Counted from the first letter of the stretch, positions 44,496 through 57,252 are shown. The stretch: DNA of 64,000 nt from Pseudomonas sp. (GCA_033852045.1 JAWSVF010000008.1:77390-141389); one strand, 5' to 3'. A program made the numbers and translations. Notes: generated by a model not told the origin, from the letters alone.

Positions 44496-44924
44496 TTAGC
44501 CGCGCGAGCAGAGATCGGTTTCTGCGAAAAAGTAACCGATTTCGCGAGCCGCGGAAGTAGTAGAGTCCGAACCATGTACGGCGTTGGCATCAATGGATTC
44601 AGCGAAATCAGCGCGGATAGTGCCCGCATCAGCTTCCTTGGGGTTGGTAGCACCCATCAGCTCACGGTTTTTCAATACTGCGCCTTCGCCTTCCAGCACC
44701 TGAACAACAACCGGACCGGAGGTCATGAAACCAACCAGATCCTTGAAGAAAGGACGCGCGCTGTGCTCGGCATAAAAGCCTTCAGCATCGGACTGGGACA
44801 GCTGAACCATCTTGGCAGCGACAACACTCAGACCGGCCTTTTCGAAACGGCTGATGATCTGACCAACTACGTTCTTGGCAACTGCGTCGGGCTTGATGAT
44901 AGACAGGGTACGTTCTACGGCCAT
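44496..44924 (-). CDS. ndk: Nucleoside diphosphate kinase
   Basis: [15 protein letters not shown] ... NAVHGSDS are the typical Ndk motifs. The start is trimmed from the longer ORF. Confidence 0.95.
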   Translation of the reverse strand: MAVERTLSIIKPDAVAKNVVGQIISRFEKAGLSVVAAKMVQLSQSDAEGFYAEHSARPFFKDLVGFMTSGPVVVQVLEGEGAVLKNRELMGATNPKEADAGTIRADFAESIDANAVHGSDSTTSAAREIGYFFAETDLCSRG

Positions 44925-45057
44925 GGAAAACTCTCCAGAAATATAAATGTAAGTTGAGAAATTATGCGGAATTGTTAACCCGCGGATTATACGCAGGTTA
45001 GAGGCAAATACATACCGGCCGGCAGATTCATCGGCACAGCGCGGATGGGCTAGCCGT

Positions 45058-46215
45058 TCAGGCGCCCTGGCGTAATCGCGGGACCACCGAACAGAGTATC
45101 TGCGCAGCACGTTTCACTTCGTCGATCGTGGTGAAGCGACCCAGTGAGAGTCGAAGCGAACCCTGGGCAAGCTCATTGGTCATGCCCAATCCTCGTAATA
45201 CATAGGATGGCTCAACAGAGGCAGATGTACAGGCCGAACCGGAAGAAAGTGCCAGATCCTTCAATGCGAGCAAAAGCAGCTCCCCATCGACTCCGGCAAA
45301 AGCCAGATTGAGGTTGTGTGGCACGCGCCGCTCACGGCTACCATTGACGAACACCTCGGGCAGAGCGACCAAGCCGGCCAGCAGCAGGTCGCGCAGTTCG
45401 CTGATGCGCTGATTTTCCTGACTCATCAACTCTCCGGCCAAAGCGAAGCACGCCCCCATACCAACGATCTGATGGGTCGGCAGAGTCCCAGACCGCATAC
45501 CACGCTCATGCCCTCCGCCGTGAATCAGTGCTTCAAGACGCAGCCCTGGATCGCGGCGCACATAGAGCGCACCCACACCTTTTGGCCCATAGGTCTTGTG
45601 CGCGCAAAATGACATGAGATCGACCGGAAGCTCATGCAGATCAATCGGCAGCTTTCCGGTGGACTGAGCCGCGTCCACATGCATCAGGGCGCCCCCTGTG
45701 CGGGCGATATGCCCAAGAGCGGCGATGTCGTTGATGGTGCCGATCTCGTTGTTCACATGCATCAATGATACGAGAATGGTGTCCTCACGCATCGCCTGCT
45801 GCAGCTGCTCAGGCTCAATAATGCCCTCAGCGGAGGGCTTGAGCCAGGTCACCTCAAAGCCTTCGCGTTCCAGCTGATGACAGCTGTCGAGCACCGCTTT
45901 GTGTTCGATTTGTGACGTAATGATGTGCCGTCCGCGCTCGGCGCGACTATAGGCCGCGCCCTTGATGGCCAGGTTATCGGACTCGGTCGCGCCGGACGTC
46001 CAGATGATTTCCCGTGGATCGGCACCCACCAGATCCGCAACCTGGCGCCGGGCAAGCTCAACCGCCTCCTCGGCCTTCCATCCGAAAATGTGCGACCGTG
46101 AAGCGGGATTGGCAAAATTCCCGTCCATCGTCAGACACCCCATCATCTTTTCGGCGACAGCGGGGTCTACCGGAGTGGTGGCAGCGTAATCGAGATAGAT
46201 CGGCAACATTGGCAT
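45058..46215 (-). CDS. IscS/NifS-family cysteine desulfurase (stand-alone)
   Basis: 385 aa with the N-terminus [14 protein letters not shown], the PLP lysine region [12 protein letters not shown] and the active-site loop [21 protein letters not shown]. Confidence 0.85.
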   Translation of the reverse strand: MPMLPIYLDYAATTPVDPAVAEKMMGCLTMDGNFANPASRSHIFGWKAEEAVELARRQVADLVGADPREIIWTSGATESDNLAIKGAAYSRAERGRHIITSQIEHKAVLDSCHQLEREGFEVTWLKPSAEGIIEPEQLQQAMREDTILVSLMHVNNEIGTINDIAALGHIARTGGALMHVDAAQSTGKLPIDLHELPVDLMSFCAHKTYGPKGVGALYVRRDPGLRLEALIHGGGHERGMRSGTLPTHQIVGMGACFALAGELMSQENQRISELRDLLLAGLVALPEVFVNGSRERRVPHNLNLAFAGVDGELLLLALKDLALSSGSACTSASVEPSYVLRGLGMTNELAQGSLRLSLGRFTTIDEVKRAAQILCSVVPRLRQGA

Positions 46216-46221
46216 CGTATC

Positions 46222-47040
46222 CTATGAACGCCCGGCTTCGCTGGAGTTACCCGGCTTGACTTCAATGCTATCGACTTCGGCCTTGAGCAGGTCGAAGTCC
46301 TCACCACCCAGTGCAGGAAGCTCCTTGGCACAGTAATCACTGCCCAGCTCACCCAGCGCCTGACACATACCTTCGAGACGACCATCCACAGCCTGCATGT
46401 GGTCAAGCATCTGTCCTATGGCGCGAGCCACCGGGTCAGGCGTATCACGGGTTACCCCATACGCATCGAAGCCCAGCTTTTCAGCCATTGCCTGACGCTT
46501 GGCGCATTGCTCGTCAGCCTTGTCCGACTCTTTCGGAATGATACGACCAGGAATACCAACCGCAGTTGCACCGGCCGGCACAGCCTTGGTAACGACCGCG
46601 TTGGAACCGATCTTGGCACCAGCACCCACCGTAAAAGGACCCAGCACCTTGGCACCGGCGCCCACGACCACGCCGTCTTCCAGCGTAGGGTGGCGCTTGC
46701 CCTTGTCCCAACTGGTGCCGCCGAGGGTGACGCCCTGATACAAGGTTACATCGTCACCGATCTCGGCTGTCTCACCAATCACCACACCCATTCCGTGGTC
46801 AATAAAGAAACGTCGACCGAGCTTGGCTCCCGGATGAATTTCGATCCCCGTGGCCCAGCGGGCGAAATTCGACACCATACGCGCCACCAGCCGGGCATTG
46901 CGCATCCACAACGCATGGGCCAGGCGATGCAGCCATATGGCGTGCAAACCGGGATAGCAGAACAGCACTTCCACTGTGCTGCGTGCTGCCGGGTCCCGGT
47001 GGAACACACTGGCAATATCTTCCTTCATACGCTTGAACAT
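46222..47040 (-). CDS. cysE: Serine O-acetyltransferase
   Basis: 272 aa with [19 protein letters not shown], hexapeptide repeats ([25 protein letters not shown]) and a C-terminal extension. Confidence 0.9.
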   Translation of the reverse strand: MFKRMKEDIASVFHRDPAARSTVEVLFCYPGLHAIWLHRLAHALWMRNARLVARMVSNFARWATGIEIHPGAKLGRRFFIDHGMGVVIGETAEIGDDVTLYQGVTLGGTSWDKGKRHPTLEDGVVVGAGAKVLGPFTVGAGAKIGSNAVVTKAVPAGATAVGIPGRIIPKESDKADEQCAKRQAMAEKLGFDAYGVTRDTPDPVARAIGQMLDHMQAVDGRLEGMCQALGELGSDYCAKELPALGGEDFDLLKAEVDSIEVKPGNSSEAGRS

Positions 47041-47042
47041 GA

Positions 47043-47822
47043 TTAACGTCTCCGCTCACCGGTCGCTTTCACGCCGATAGCTTTCTGTGTTTCGGTGAGG
47101 ATGCCACGCAGAATATTCATTTCCATCCGGTTTATCCGGATACGGCCGTACAGGCGGCGTAGCCTTGGCATCAGCTGTCTTGGTTTGTGCGGGTCAAGGA
47201 AGCCGATTTCAACCAGCACCTGCTGCAAATGGCCAAAATACTGCTCCATTTCCTCGGCAGTGGTCGGAATTTCATTCTGAGTCGCTGTGGTTTCAATCTT
47301 TTGCATGTGCGTGGGCTGATTCTGGCGCTTTAACACCAGCATGCGCAGCTCATAGGCGAGCACCTGTACCGCGGCCGCCAGATTCAAGGAGCTGAACTCA
47401 GGGTTTGATGGTATGTGCACATGAAACTGACAACGCTGCAGCTCGTCACTGGTAAGGCCGGAATCTTCACGCCCGAACACCAGCGCCACCTGTGCATCTG
47501 GCAGCTCGGCAATCTGGTCCAGCACTTTTTCTGCAGCCTCGCGCGGGTCCACCACCGGCCAGGGAATGCGCCGGTCACGCGCACTGGTACCCATGACCAA
47601 TACACAATCGGCAATAGCCTCCTCAAGCGTTGGGACAATCAAGGCGCCTTCGAGCACATCGTCTGCCCCGGCGCCGCGGGCGGCAGCATTGGGATCCGGA
47701 AAACGCTGCGGATCGACCAGCACCAACCGGGTAAGCCCCATATTCTTCATCGCGCGGGCTGCGCCACCGATATTGCCGGGATGACTGGTGTTAACCAGAA
47801 CCACTCGAACATTGTCCAGCAC
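47043..47822 (-). CDS. trmJ: tRNA (cytidine/uridine-2'-O)-methyltransferase TrmJ (SpoU class)
   Basis: The GTG start at 47822 is preceded by GGAG and gives (M)[28 protein letters not shown], the typical TrmJ N-terminus. Confidence 0.8.
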   Translation of the reverse strand: MLDNVRVVLVNTSHPGNIGGAARAMKNMGLTRLVLVDPQRFPDPNAAARGAGADDVLEGALIVPTLEEAIADCVLVMGTSARDRRIPWPVVDPREAAEKVLDQIAELPDAQVALVFGREDSGLTSDELQRCQFHVHIPSNPEFSSLNLAAAVQVLAYELRMLVLKRQNQPTHMQKIETTATQNEIPTTAEEMEQYFGHLQQVLVEIGFLDPHKPRQLMPRLRRLYGRIRINRMEMNILRGILTETQKAIGVKATGERRR

Positions 47823-47969
47823 GTTAGCACTCCACGAAGGTTGCGCCGGTTGGCGAGGAACCGCACATCTTACAAAAGCCAGCACACAAAGGCCATGATG
47901 CATTCATGTTGGCGTGCTTATCTGCTACAATTTCCGGCTCTTCAAAACCCCCTAATCAGAGACACCCGT

Positions 47970-48785
47970 ATGCAGCCCATGTTGAACATCGCCCTGCGCG
48001 CCGCACGCAGTGCAGGAGAACTGATCTATCGCTCTGTGGAGCGGCTTGACGTTCTGACCGTCAACGAGAAAGAGGCCAACGATTACGTTACCGAAGTTGA
48101 CCGGGCTGCCGAACAGACCATCATCGGCCACCTGCGCAAGGCCTACCCGAATCATGGCATCCACGCCGAAGAATCCGGTTTTCAGCCGGGTCAGGGTGAT
48201 GGGGCCGACATTGTCTGGATCATCGATCCACTGGACGGCACCACCAATTTCGTTCGCGGCATTCCTCACTATGCAGTGAGCATAGCCTGCCGGATCAAAG
48301 GCCGGATCGAACACGCGGTGGTGCTGGACCCGGTTCGTCAGGAAGAGTTCACCGCCAGCCGTGGCCGTGGCGCATCGCTTAACGGCAAGCGCCTGCGCGT
48401 GACCTCGCGCAAGACTCTGGATGGCGCATTACTGGGTACAGGCTTCCCGTTCCGCCAGAATCAGATGGAATCGCTGGACAACTACCTGGGCATGTTCCGT
48501 AGCCTGATTGGACAGACAGCCGGCATTCGCCGTTGCGGCGCTGCCAGCCTGGATCTGGCCTACGTTGCCGCCGGGCGCTACGACGCGTTCTGGGAAGCCG
48601 GTCTGGCCGAGTGGGACATGGCTGCGGGCACGCTGCTGATTCAGGAAGCGGGCGGGCTGGTCAGCGACTTTACCGGCGACCACCACTTCCTCGAGAAAGG
48701 CCACATCGTGGCGGGCAACCCGAAATGCTTCAAGGCAGTGCTCACTGCGATCCAGCCACACCTGGCACCCAGCATGAAGCGCTAA
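47970..48785 (+). CDS. suhB: Inositol monophosphatase family protein SuhB
   Basis: MQPMLNIALRAARSAGELI ... WIIDPLDGTTNF ... are the IMPase motifs. The 5' part of the 456 aa ORF is antisense to trmJ and was discarded. Confidence 0.9.
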   Translation: MQPMLNIALRAARSAGELIYRSVERLDVLTVNEKEANDYVTEVDRAAEQTIIGHLRKAYPNHGIHAEESGFQPGQGDGADIVWIIDPLDGTTNFVRGIPHYAVSIACRIKGRIEHAVVLDPVRQEEFTASRGRGASLNGKRLRVTSRKTLDGALLGTGFPFRQNQMESLDNYLGMFRSLIGQTAGIRRCGAASLDLAYVAAGRYDAFWEAGLAEWDMAAGTLLIQEAGGLVSDFTGDHHFLEKGHIVAGNPKCFKAVLTAIQPHLAPSMKR

Positions 48786-48848
48786 GGCGCTTCAGCAGAT
48801 ACCATTAGAAAGCTTTTCGGACACTGGTAGTTCGGGAAAGCTGGAAGC

Positions 48849-48907
48849 AAAAAAGGTTCTTCGCTTTGGTCCGCATCACTTCGGACTTCAGCCAAGAACC
48901 TTTTTTT
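48849..48907. terminator. Bidirectional terminator-like long hairpin between suhB and secF
   Basis: AAAAAAGGTTCTT ... AAGAACCTTTTTTT, with A/T runs on both sides, lies between convergent genes. Confidence 0.6.
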
Positions 48908-48947
48908 AGGCCTGCACGCTCCAGTTGGGACTTTAAGCCTGACGCAG

Positions 48948-49862
48948 CTAGGGCCTGTCGTCCGCCTCTTCTTCAATCTGCGGCGGTATGAGATCTTCGC
49001 GGGTCAGGTTCATCGTCATCAGCAGACCGTTAGCCACATAGATTGACGAGTAAGTACCAATACCCACACCGATGATCAGTGCCAACGCAAAGCCCTGAAT
49101 ATTCTCGCCACCAAAGAAATACAGTGCGAAAAGTACCAGCAAGGTCGATGCCGACGTTGCCAATGTCCGCGCCAGCGTCTGGGTAGTGGAGACGTTGATC
49201 ACCTCTTCCAGTTCGACATTGCGCATCACCCGCAGGTTCTCCCGCACCCGGTCGAACACCACGATGGTGTCGTTCAGCGAGTAACCGATCACAGCTAGCA
49301 ATGCGGCCAGCACAGTGAGGTCGAAGGAAATGCCGAAGAACGAGAAAATACCCAGCGTGAAGATTACGTCGTGGACCAGCGCGACGATGGATGCCACGGC
49401 GAATTTCATCTGAAAACGCAGCGACACATAGAGCAGAATCCCGCCCATTGCCAGCAGCATACCCAGACCGCCCTGGTCGCGAAGCTCTTCCCCGACCTGC
49501 GGGCCAATGAACTCGATACGCTTGACGGTAACTTCACCGCTCTCTTCACCGCGGACAATCTCTGCGATTCGGCTACCCAGATCAGGATCATCACTAGCCA
49601 GGCGAATCAGCACGTCGGTGGATGCACCGAAGTTCTGCACTACCGCATCGTCATAACCCGCAGCACGCAAAATAGTGCGGACTTCGGAGAGATCAGCTGC
49701 AGACTCATACTGCAGCTCGACCAAAGCACCGCCTGTAAAGTCGAGCCCCAGATTGAGCTGCTTGACCGCAAGGCTGGCGATGGAGCAGATCATGAGGACA
49801 ATGGCGACGGCGTAGAACAGCTTGCGCAGCCCCATGAACTTGATGGTTTTACTGGTAATCAT
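48948..49862 (-). CDS. secF: Protein translocase subunit SecF
   Basis: A polytopic protein with typical SecF motifs (LGLDFTGG, DRVRENL). The start is trimmed to MITSKTIKFMG. Confidence 0.9.
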   Translation of the reverse strand: MITSKTIKFMGLRKLFYAVAIVLMICSIASLAVKQLNLGLDFTGGALVELQYESAADLSEVRTILRAAGYDDAVVQNFGASTDVLIRLASDDPDLGSRIAEIVRGEESGEVTVKRIEFIGPQVGEELRDQGGLGMLLAMGGILLYVSLRFQMKFAVASIVALVHDVIFTLGIFSFFGISFDLTVLAALLAVIGYSLNDTIVVFDRVRENLRVMRNVELEEVINVSTTQTLARTLATSASTLLVLFALYFFGGENIQGFALALIIGVGIGTYSSIYVANGLLMTMNLTREDLIPPQIEEEADDRP

Positions 49863-49872
49863 GTCGCGCTCC

Positions 49873-51741
49873 TCACAGCCACAGCTTCTTGATGTCACGT
49901 CCACCAATGGTCAGATTGACCATCGCCCGGGTGACCATGATGGCACTGAACATCGAAGTCAGGATGCCCAGCGAGAGCGTTACTGCAAAGCCCTTGATCG
50001 GGCCGGAACCCATGGCAAACAGAATCACACCCACAAGCAGGGTTGTCAGACTGCCGTCGATGATCGCCGAAAAAGCCTTGTCGTAGCCTTCATGAATAGC
50101 CCGTTGCGCAGACACCCCTCCGGCGATTTCCTCCTTGATACGAGAGAAGATCAGCACGTTGGCATCCACAGCCATACCCAGGGTGAGCACGATACCCGCG
50201 ATCCCTGGCAAGGTCAGCGTAGCGCCCAGCAGCGACATCAATGCCAACAACAGAACCAGGTTGAAGCTCAGGGCCACACCGGCGTAGATACCAAACACCT
50301 TGTACAGCACCAACATGAAGATCAGAACCAGCACAAAACCCGCCTGCGTGGCCGATACACCCTTGGCAATGTTCTCGGCACCCAGGCTTGGACCTACGGT
50401 GCGCTCTTCAACAAAGTACATAGGTGCAGCGAGACCGCCCGCGCGAAGCAACAGCGCCAGCTCGGAAGCCTCAGCCGGTGAGTCCAGGCCGGTAATCCGG
50501 AACTGGTTGCCCAGTGTGCTCTGAATCGTCGCCAGGCTGATGATGCTCTTTTCCTCGATAAAGGCTGGCACATCAACTTCAACCATCTCACCGTCGACTT
50601 CCTGTTGAACCTTGCGGGAAATCTGTCGTTGCTCGATGAAGATCACCGCCATACCGCGTCCCACGTTGTTGCGGGTAGCGCGCGTCATCATGTCGCCGCC
50701 CGGGCCGTCGAGACGTATATTGACCTGAGGCTGGCCGTTCTCATCATAGTTGGACTGGGCGTCGGTTACCTGATCACCGGTCAGGATAATGCTGCGTTCA
50801 ACATCCGCAGGGGGACGCTTGTCACCACGAAAGTCGAAGGTCTCGACCGTAGCGCGTGGTGCATCAGACTCTGCCCCCAGACGAAACTCCAGGTTCGCCG
50901 TCTTGCCGAGAATACGCTTGGCTTCGGCAGTGTCTTGCACGCCGGGTAGCTCCACAACGATACGGTTTGCCCCCTGGCGTTGAACCAGCGGTTCAGCCAC
51001 ACCCAACTCGTTAACCCGGTTACGCACCGTGGTCAGGTTCTGACGTACCGAGTAGTCGCGAATCTCTGCCATCTCGGCTTCAGTCAGGGTCAGGCGCAGC
51101 ACCTCCAGTTCCTCACGACTGACCGTAGTCATCTGAAACTGGTTGTAGTCGGCACTGATCAGACGCTGCGCTTCAGACAACTGCGCCTCATCGGTAAACC
51201 CGAACTGCAGCACATTACCCTGATTGGGCATGCTGCGATAACGCACGCGCTCTCCGCGCAGCAGGTTGCGGATTTCGCTTTCGTACACATTGACCCGCGC
51301 TTCTATCGCCTTGTCCATGTCCACTTCCAGCAAGAAGTGCACACCACCAGACAGGTCGAGACCCAGCTTCATCGGGCCAGCGCCGATATTCATCAACCAC
51401 TGCGGTGTGGTTGGAGCAAGGTTTTGAGCAACAACAAACTGCTGGCCAAGGGTGCGTCGCACTACGTCCTGGGCAGCCAGTTGATCTGAACGATTGACCA
51501 GGCGCACAAGACCGGAACGATCCAGGTCACCCAGATCAGTGCCCTTGGTGGCAATGCCAGCGTCCTGTAACGCGGCCTCTATCCGATCCAGCTCACGCTG
51601 CTCGATAGTCTGGCCGGTCTGAGCGCCGGAAATCTGAATGGCCGGATCGTCCGGATATAGATTGGGTAGAGCGTAGATCACGCCGAGAACCAGCACGGCG
51701 ACGATCAGCAGGTATTTCCAGAGGGGGTAACGGTTGAGCAT
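49873..51741 (-). CDS. secD: Protein translocase subunit SecD
   Basis: MLNRYPLWKYLLI ... LGLDLSGGVHFLLEVD ... with a large periplasmic domain. The start is trimmed. Confidence 0.9.
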   Translation of the reverse strand: MLNRYPLWKYLLIVAVLVLGVIYALPNLYPDDPAIQISGAQTGQTIEQRELDRIEAALQDAGIATKGTDLGDLDRSGLVRLVNRSDQLAAQDVVRRTLGQQFVVAQNLAPTTPQWLMNIGAGPMKLGLDLSGGVHFLLEVDMDKAIEARVNVYESEIRNLLRGERVRYRSMPNQGNVLQFGFTDEAQLSEAQRLISADYNQFQMTTVSREELEVLRLTLTEAEMAEIRDYSVRQNLTTVRNRVNELGVAEPLVQRQGANRIVVELPGVQDTAEAKRILGKTANLEFRLGAESDAPRATVETFDFRGDKRPPADVERSIILTGDQVTDAQSNYDENGQPQVNIRLDGPGGDMMTRATRNNVGRGMAVIFIEQRQISRKVQQEVDGEMVEVDVPAFIEEKSIISLATIQSTLGNQFRITGLDSPAEASELALLLRAGGLAAPMYFVEERTVGPSLGAENIAKGVSATQAGFVLVLIFMLVLYKVFGIYAGVALSFNLVLLLALMSLLGATLTLPGIAGIVLTLGMAVDANVLIFSRIKEEIAGGVSAQRAIHEGYDKAFSAIIDGSLTTLLVGVILFAMGSGPIKGFAVTLSLGILTSMFSAIMVTRAMVNLTIGGRDIKKLWL

Positions 51742-51802
51742 ATCGGAGCCCGATAACAATCCGGGCGCCAAAGGGCGCCCGAAGAAAGGTGGTTGGTGCG
51801 GA

Positions 51803-52135
51803 TCAGATGGCTTTCAGTGTGCCCTTGGGCAACGCTGCAACAACAGCGCCCTTCTGGAACTTCAGCTCCTGGCCTTCACTCACTTCCAGCACGATGAACT
51901 CGTCGGTGACTTTCTTTACCTTGCCGAGAATCCCGCCGCCGGTCACGACCTCATCACCTACGCCCAGACCACCAATCAGGTTTTTGTGTTCCTTGGCCCG
52001 CTTGGCCTGTGGACGCCAGATCATGAAATAGAAGATGACCAGGAAACCGACCAGGAAAATCCATTCGAAACCACCACCCATGGGTGATGCTGCTCCTGGC
52101 GTTTGAGCCATGGCGGCAGGTATGAAAAAGCTCAT
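51803..52135 (-). CDS. yajC: Preprotein translocase subunit YajC
   Basis: 110 aa with a single TM followed by RPQAKRAKEHKNL..L..GDEVVT.GGI.G. Confidence 0.9.
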   Translation of the reverse strand: MSFFIPAAMAQTPGAASPMGGGFEWIFLVGFLVIFYFMIWRPQAKRAKEHKNLIGGLGVGDEVVTGGGILGKVKKVTDEFIVLEVSEGQELKFQKGAVVAALPKGTLKAI

Positions 52136-52193
52136 GTGACACTCCTGTAGTATTTACTCGAAAGAAAGATCAAGGGCGCTTCCAGAGCGCTTT

Positions 52194-54367
<2,174 letters not shown>

Positions 54368-54518
54368 GCGGAGATGGCTTCCAGGCGGAGTAAAAGGGCC
54401 GCACATGATAGCCGAAACCCGAACACCAGGCCAAAGAAAGCGCATTTATTACAGCTTCCGCCATTGACCACCAACCCACGGGATTCGTATACTCCGCGCC
54501 GTCTGTACGAAAGCACGG

Positions 54519-54605
54519 GCCTCGATGGCGGAATTGGTAGACGCGGCGGATTCAAAATCCGTTTCTGGTGACAGAGTGGGAGTTCGATTCTCCCTCGAGG
54601 CACCA
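54519..54605 (+). tRNA. tRNA-Leu (anticodon CAA)
   Basis: - 87 nt cloverleaf folded by eye.
- Acceptor stem GCCTCGA/TCGAGGC.
- D-arm GGAATTGGTAGA.
- Anticodon loop TTCAAAA.
- Long variable arm.
- T-arm GGGAG-TTCGATT-CTCCC.
- Encoded CCA. Confidence 0.9.
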
Positions 54606-54651
54606 TCTGAACTTCTCAGGTGGCCCCAGCAAGACCCAAAACACCCTTAAG

Positions 54652-54676
54652 AGCCCGCCCCGAGCGGGTTTTTTAT
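54652..54676 (+). terminator. Rho-independent terminator downstream of tRNA-Leu
   Basis: GCCCGC-CCCGA-GCGGG followed by TTTTTT. Confidence 0.7.
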
Positions 54677-54860
54677 TACCTGCAGTTCCCAGCACTTCCC
54701 TTGCAAGCCCAAACATTTGGGGGTATACCTGGGGGCACTCTCAGTTCGGTCGAGAAAGGTACCCCCAAAATGAACGCAGCAATAGACATTCCGCCGCCTA
54801 GCCGCTTCCTCCGTCAGGCTTCTCTTACCCCCTCAATGCTCTTGCTTGGGGGTATCAGTC

Positions 54861-56066
54861 ATGCCCCTGACTGATAGTGCGATCAAAACAGCCAAGGCTA
54901 AAGAGAAGGACTACAAGCTTAGTGATGCTCACGGCTTGTATCTGCTGGTTAAACGTAACGGCTCCAAGCTATGGCGGCTGAAGTTCAGAGTTGACGGCAA
55001 AGAGAAAAGCCTGGCATTCGGCACGTATCCCACGGTCAGCCTTGCCCAAGCCCGCCAGAAGCGCGAGGAGGCCCGCGAATTATTGTCAAAAGGGACAGAC
55101 CCAAGCGCCGAGCGTAAAGCCGCTAAAGAAGCACGGCGGACCGAAGGCTTAAACTTTGAAGCGCTGGCTCGGGAGTGGTTCGAATACAACGCGCCCCGCT
55201 GGGCCGAAGGGACCCGCGGCAAAGCCGAGCTGTATCTGCAAAAGGATATAAACCCCGTTATCGGCACACGGCCGGTCAAGAGTATTACCCGCCCCGAACT
55301 GGTGGATCTTGTACGCAAGGTCGAAGCGCGGGGAGCACTCAACGTCGCCGGCAAGATCCGGCAATGGCTTCACCAGATATTCCGCTTTGGGCTGGCCACG
55401 GGCGTGGTGGATTCCAATCCAGCCACGGATCTGGATGTTGTCGCCGCCCCACAGAAAGCGACTCGTCATCATCCTCATGTAAGCTTCGCAGAGCTGCCAG
55501 AATTGCTAGGCAAGGTTGAAGGCGCTCCTATCAACGTGTTGACCCGCTGCGCTATTCGTTTACTGGTGCTAACTGCTGTTCGACCTGGCGAGCTACGACA
55601 GGCACCCTGGGCAGAATTCGATTTAGAAAGCGCTACCTGGACGATCCCGAAAGAGCGCATGAAAGCCAGGCGCCCTCACGTGGTGCCCCTGCCTCGTCAA
55701 GCCATCACCATCCTGCGCCAGCTTCAAGACCTCACTGGCGGCTATCCACTGGTATTTCCAGGCCAGAACAAGTCTGACCGCCCCATGAGCGACAACACCA
55801 TCAACAAGGCACTGCGCCTGATCGGCTACGAAGGTCGTCAGACCGGCCACGGCTTTCGCCACCTACTGAGCACAGAGCTCAATGGGCGCGGCTATAACAG
55901 CGACTGGATCGAGCGCCAGCTAGCCCATGGCGACAAGAACGAAATACGCGACACCTACAACCACGCCACCTATCTGGAGCAGCGCCGGGAAATGATGCAA
56001 GCCTGGGCTGACTCGATAGATGCGCTGTGCGACGGCGCCAACGTGGTAAGTATCAAAAGGCGCTGA
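54861..56066 (+). CDS. int: Tyrosine recombinase, P4-type integrase (DUF4102 arm-binding N-terminus)
   Basis: It has the N-terminus MPLTDSAIKTAKAKEKDYKLSDAHGLYLLVKRNGSKLWRLKFR. Catalytic signatures are VRPGELR, HGFRH and a Y in YNHATY. Confidence 0.9.
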   Translation: MPLTDSAIKTAKAKEKDYKLSDAHGLYLLVKRNGSKLWRLKFRVDGKEKSLAFGTYPTVSLAQARQKREEARELLSKGTDPSAERKAAKEARRTEGLNFEALAREWFEYNAPRWAEGTRGKAELYLQKDINPVIGTRPVKSITRPELVDLVRKVEARGALNVAGKIRQWLHQIFRFGLATGVVDSNPATDLDVVAAPQKATRHHPHVSFAELPELLGKVEGAPINVLTRCAIRLLVLTAVRPGELRQAPWAEFDLESATWTIPKERMKARRPHVVPLPRQAITILRQLQDLTGGYPLVFPGQNKSDRPMSDNTINKALRLIGYEGRQTGHGFRHLLSTELNGRGYNSDWIERQLAHGDKNEIRDTYNHATYLEQRREMMQAWADSIDALCDGANVVSIKRR

Positions 56067-56067
56067 A

Positions 56068-57075
56068 ATGACTATCGACAACTCCGACTTAGAAAAAGAA
56101 CAACGACTGTATAGAGCGAAAGCAAAAGAGACGCGCCACCTGAGCGACGCAGAATTAGCGTTTATCGATGAGCGAATAGCCGAGGGGCTTTTAAAAAAGC
56201 TGAGGGCTTGGGCTGTACATCGCTGGTGGCAGTCGTTCGGCTCACAAGGCCACAGACTGGGAACCCTTGAAGACGAGGCCAGGTTCATAGATCACCTCGA
56301 TACAATCTTCTTATTTCCTGCTCCTAGCAGCCTTTTAAGTAAGCCAATGCATGCAAGAAAGCTTCACACCAACCTGGATATCTCGATACCCGGCCGCCCT
56401 CGCGAGGTAACATTTTACGGCCCTCCACCTGCTCGACTTCTTGAGTTGATGCTTTATGGGTTTTTCAACTTCCATGACAGATTGATATGCCTCAACCGAT
56501 CTAGCCGATCGGCCAAAAGGGGTGACGCACCTGAACAATGGCAGGTTCTCCCCCGAGATTTCCAGCCCACCAACGAACTGGGGATTCGAGCCGCCCTCCG
56601 GATGCGAGGGGGATCCGGGAAAGCCTACTACTCAGCCCCCGAATCGGTATTCTCAAACCTGCCTTATACAATAAAGGAGCAATTGGCACTCAACACGTGG
56701 AGCCTCGATGATCACCAATTGTGGATGGAACAGATAGCAGACCAAGCTCTACTCCCTATCAGGGCTGGAGGCCGAGCACAGCTAAGCCTCGAACTGGGAG
56801 GCGAGTACGCACCCCACGGGAGTTACCCACTGGCGGACTTTGTGGCTACAGGGGAGCAATTGACCGGCAAACGTGCCGAGCCTATTAATGGCGACTATCT
56901 CGACTGCCGCCCGAACAACCTAACTTTGCGTTCTAGTCGTGGGCCCAGGATGAAGTGCAGCCTGTGCGACAAGCTCACGACAGCTAGGGACTCTGAACGT
57001 ATTAAAACCTTGAGTGGATCAACGGCTAGGGTTTGCTTCAAGTGCCAGGCTCGCCTTGCAGCAGGCCGGCACTGA
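56068..57075 (+). CDS. Hypothetical protein (335 aa), translationally coupled to the integrase
   Basis: The ATG is 1 nt after the int stop. No family was recognised. The C-terminus has a degenerate HNH_3-like string (INGDYLDCRPNNL) and a CxxC...CxxC zinc ribbon (CSLCDK ... CFKCQ). Confidence 0.6.
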   Translation: MTIDNSDLEKEQRLYRAKAKETRHLSDAELAFIDERIAEGLLKKLRAWAVHRWWQSFGSQGHRLGTLEDEARFIDHLDTIFLFPAPSSLLSKPMHARKLHTNLDISIPGRPREVTFYGPPPARLLELMLYGFFNFHDRLICLNRSSRSAKRGDAPEQWQVLPRDFQPTNELGIRAALRMRGGSGKAYYSAPESVFSNLPYTIKEQLALNTWSLDDHQLWMEQIADQALLPIRAGGRAQLSLELGGEYAPHGSYPLADFVATGEQLTGKRAEPINGDYLDCRPNNLTLRSSRGPRMKCSLCDKLTTARDSERIKTLSGSTARVCFKCQARLAAGRH

Positions 57076-57165
57076 GAGCTATTTGGAAAGAACAGGTATT
57101 GCACGGAATGAGCCGGCAAGATATATTTGGCCCTAGTATGTGGTAGCTACATCAGTACGAAACAT

Positions 57166-57192
57166 AAACCGGCCTCGAGCCGGTTTTTTTTC
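57166..57192 (+). terminator. Terminator hairpin 1 of a triple tandem set
   Basis: AACCGGC-CTCGA-GCCGGTT followed by TTTTTT. Confidence 0.7.
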
Positions 57193-57221
57193 GTCTAAAG
57201 CAAAAGCCACATACTCCTCAT

Positions 57222-57246
57222 AACCCGCCTCTGTGCGGGTTTTTCT
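57222..57246 (+). terminator. Terminator hairpin 2 of a triple tandem set
   Basis: ACCCGC-CTCTGT-GCGGGT followed by TTTTCTGTTT. Confidence 0.6.
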
Positions 57247-57252
57247 GTTTAT

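Noticed and set aside
44076-44957. 293 aa plus-strand ORF
   Set aside because: It is antisense to rlmN and ndk and is a shadow ORF.
47415-47969. 5' extension of the suhB ORF (456 aa version)
   Set aside because: The extension is antisense to trmJ. SuhB homology begins at MQPMLNIAL (47970).
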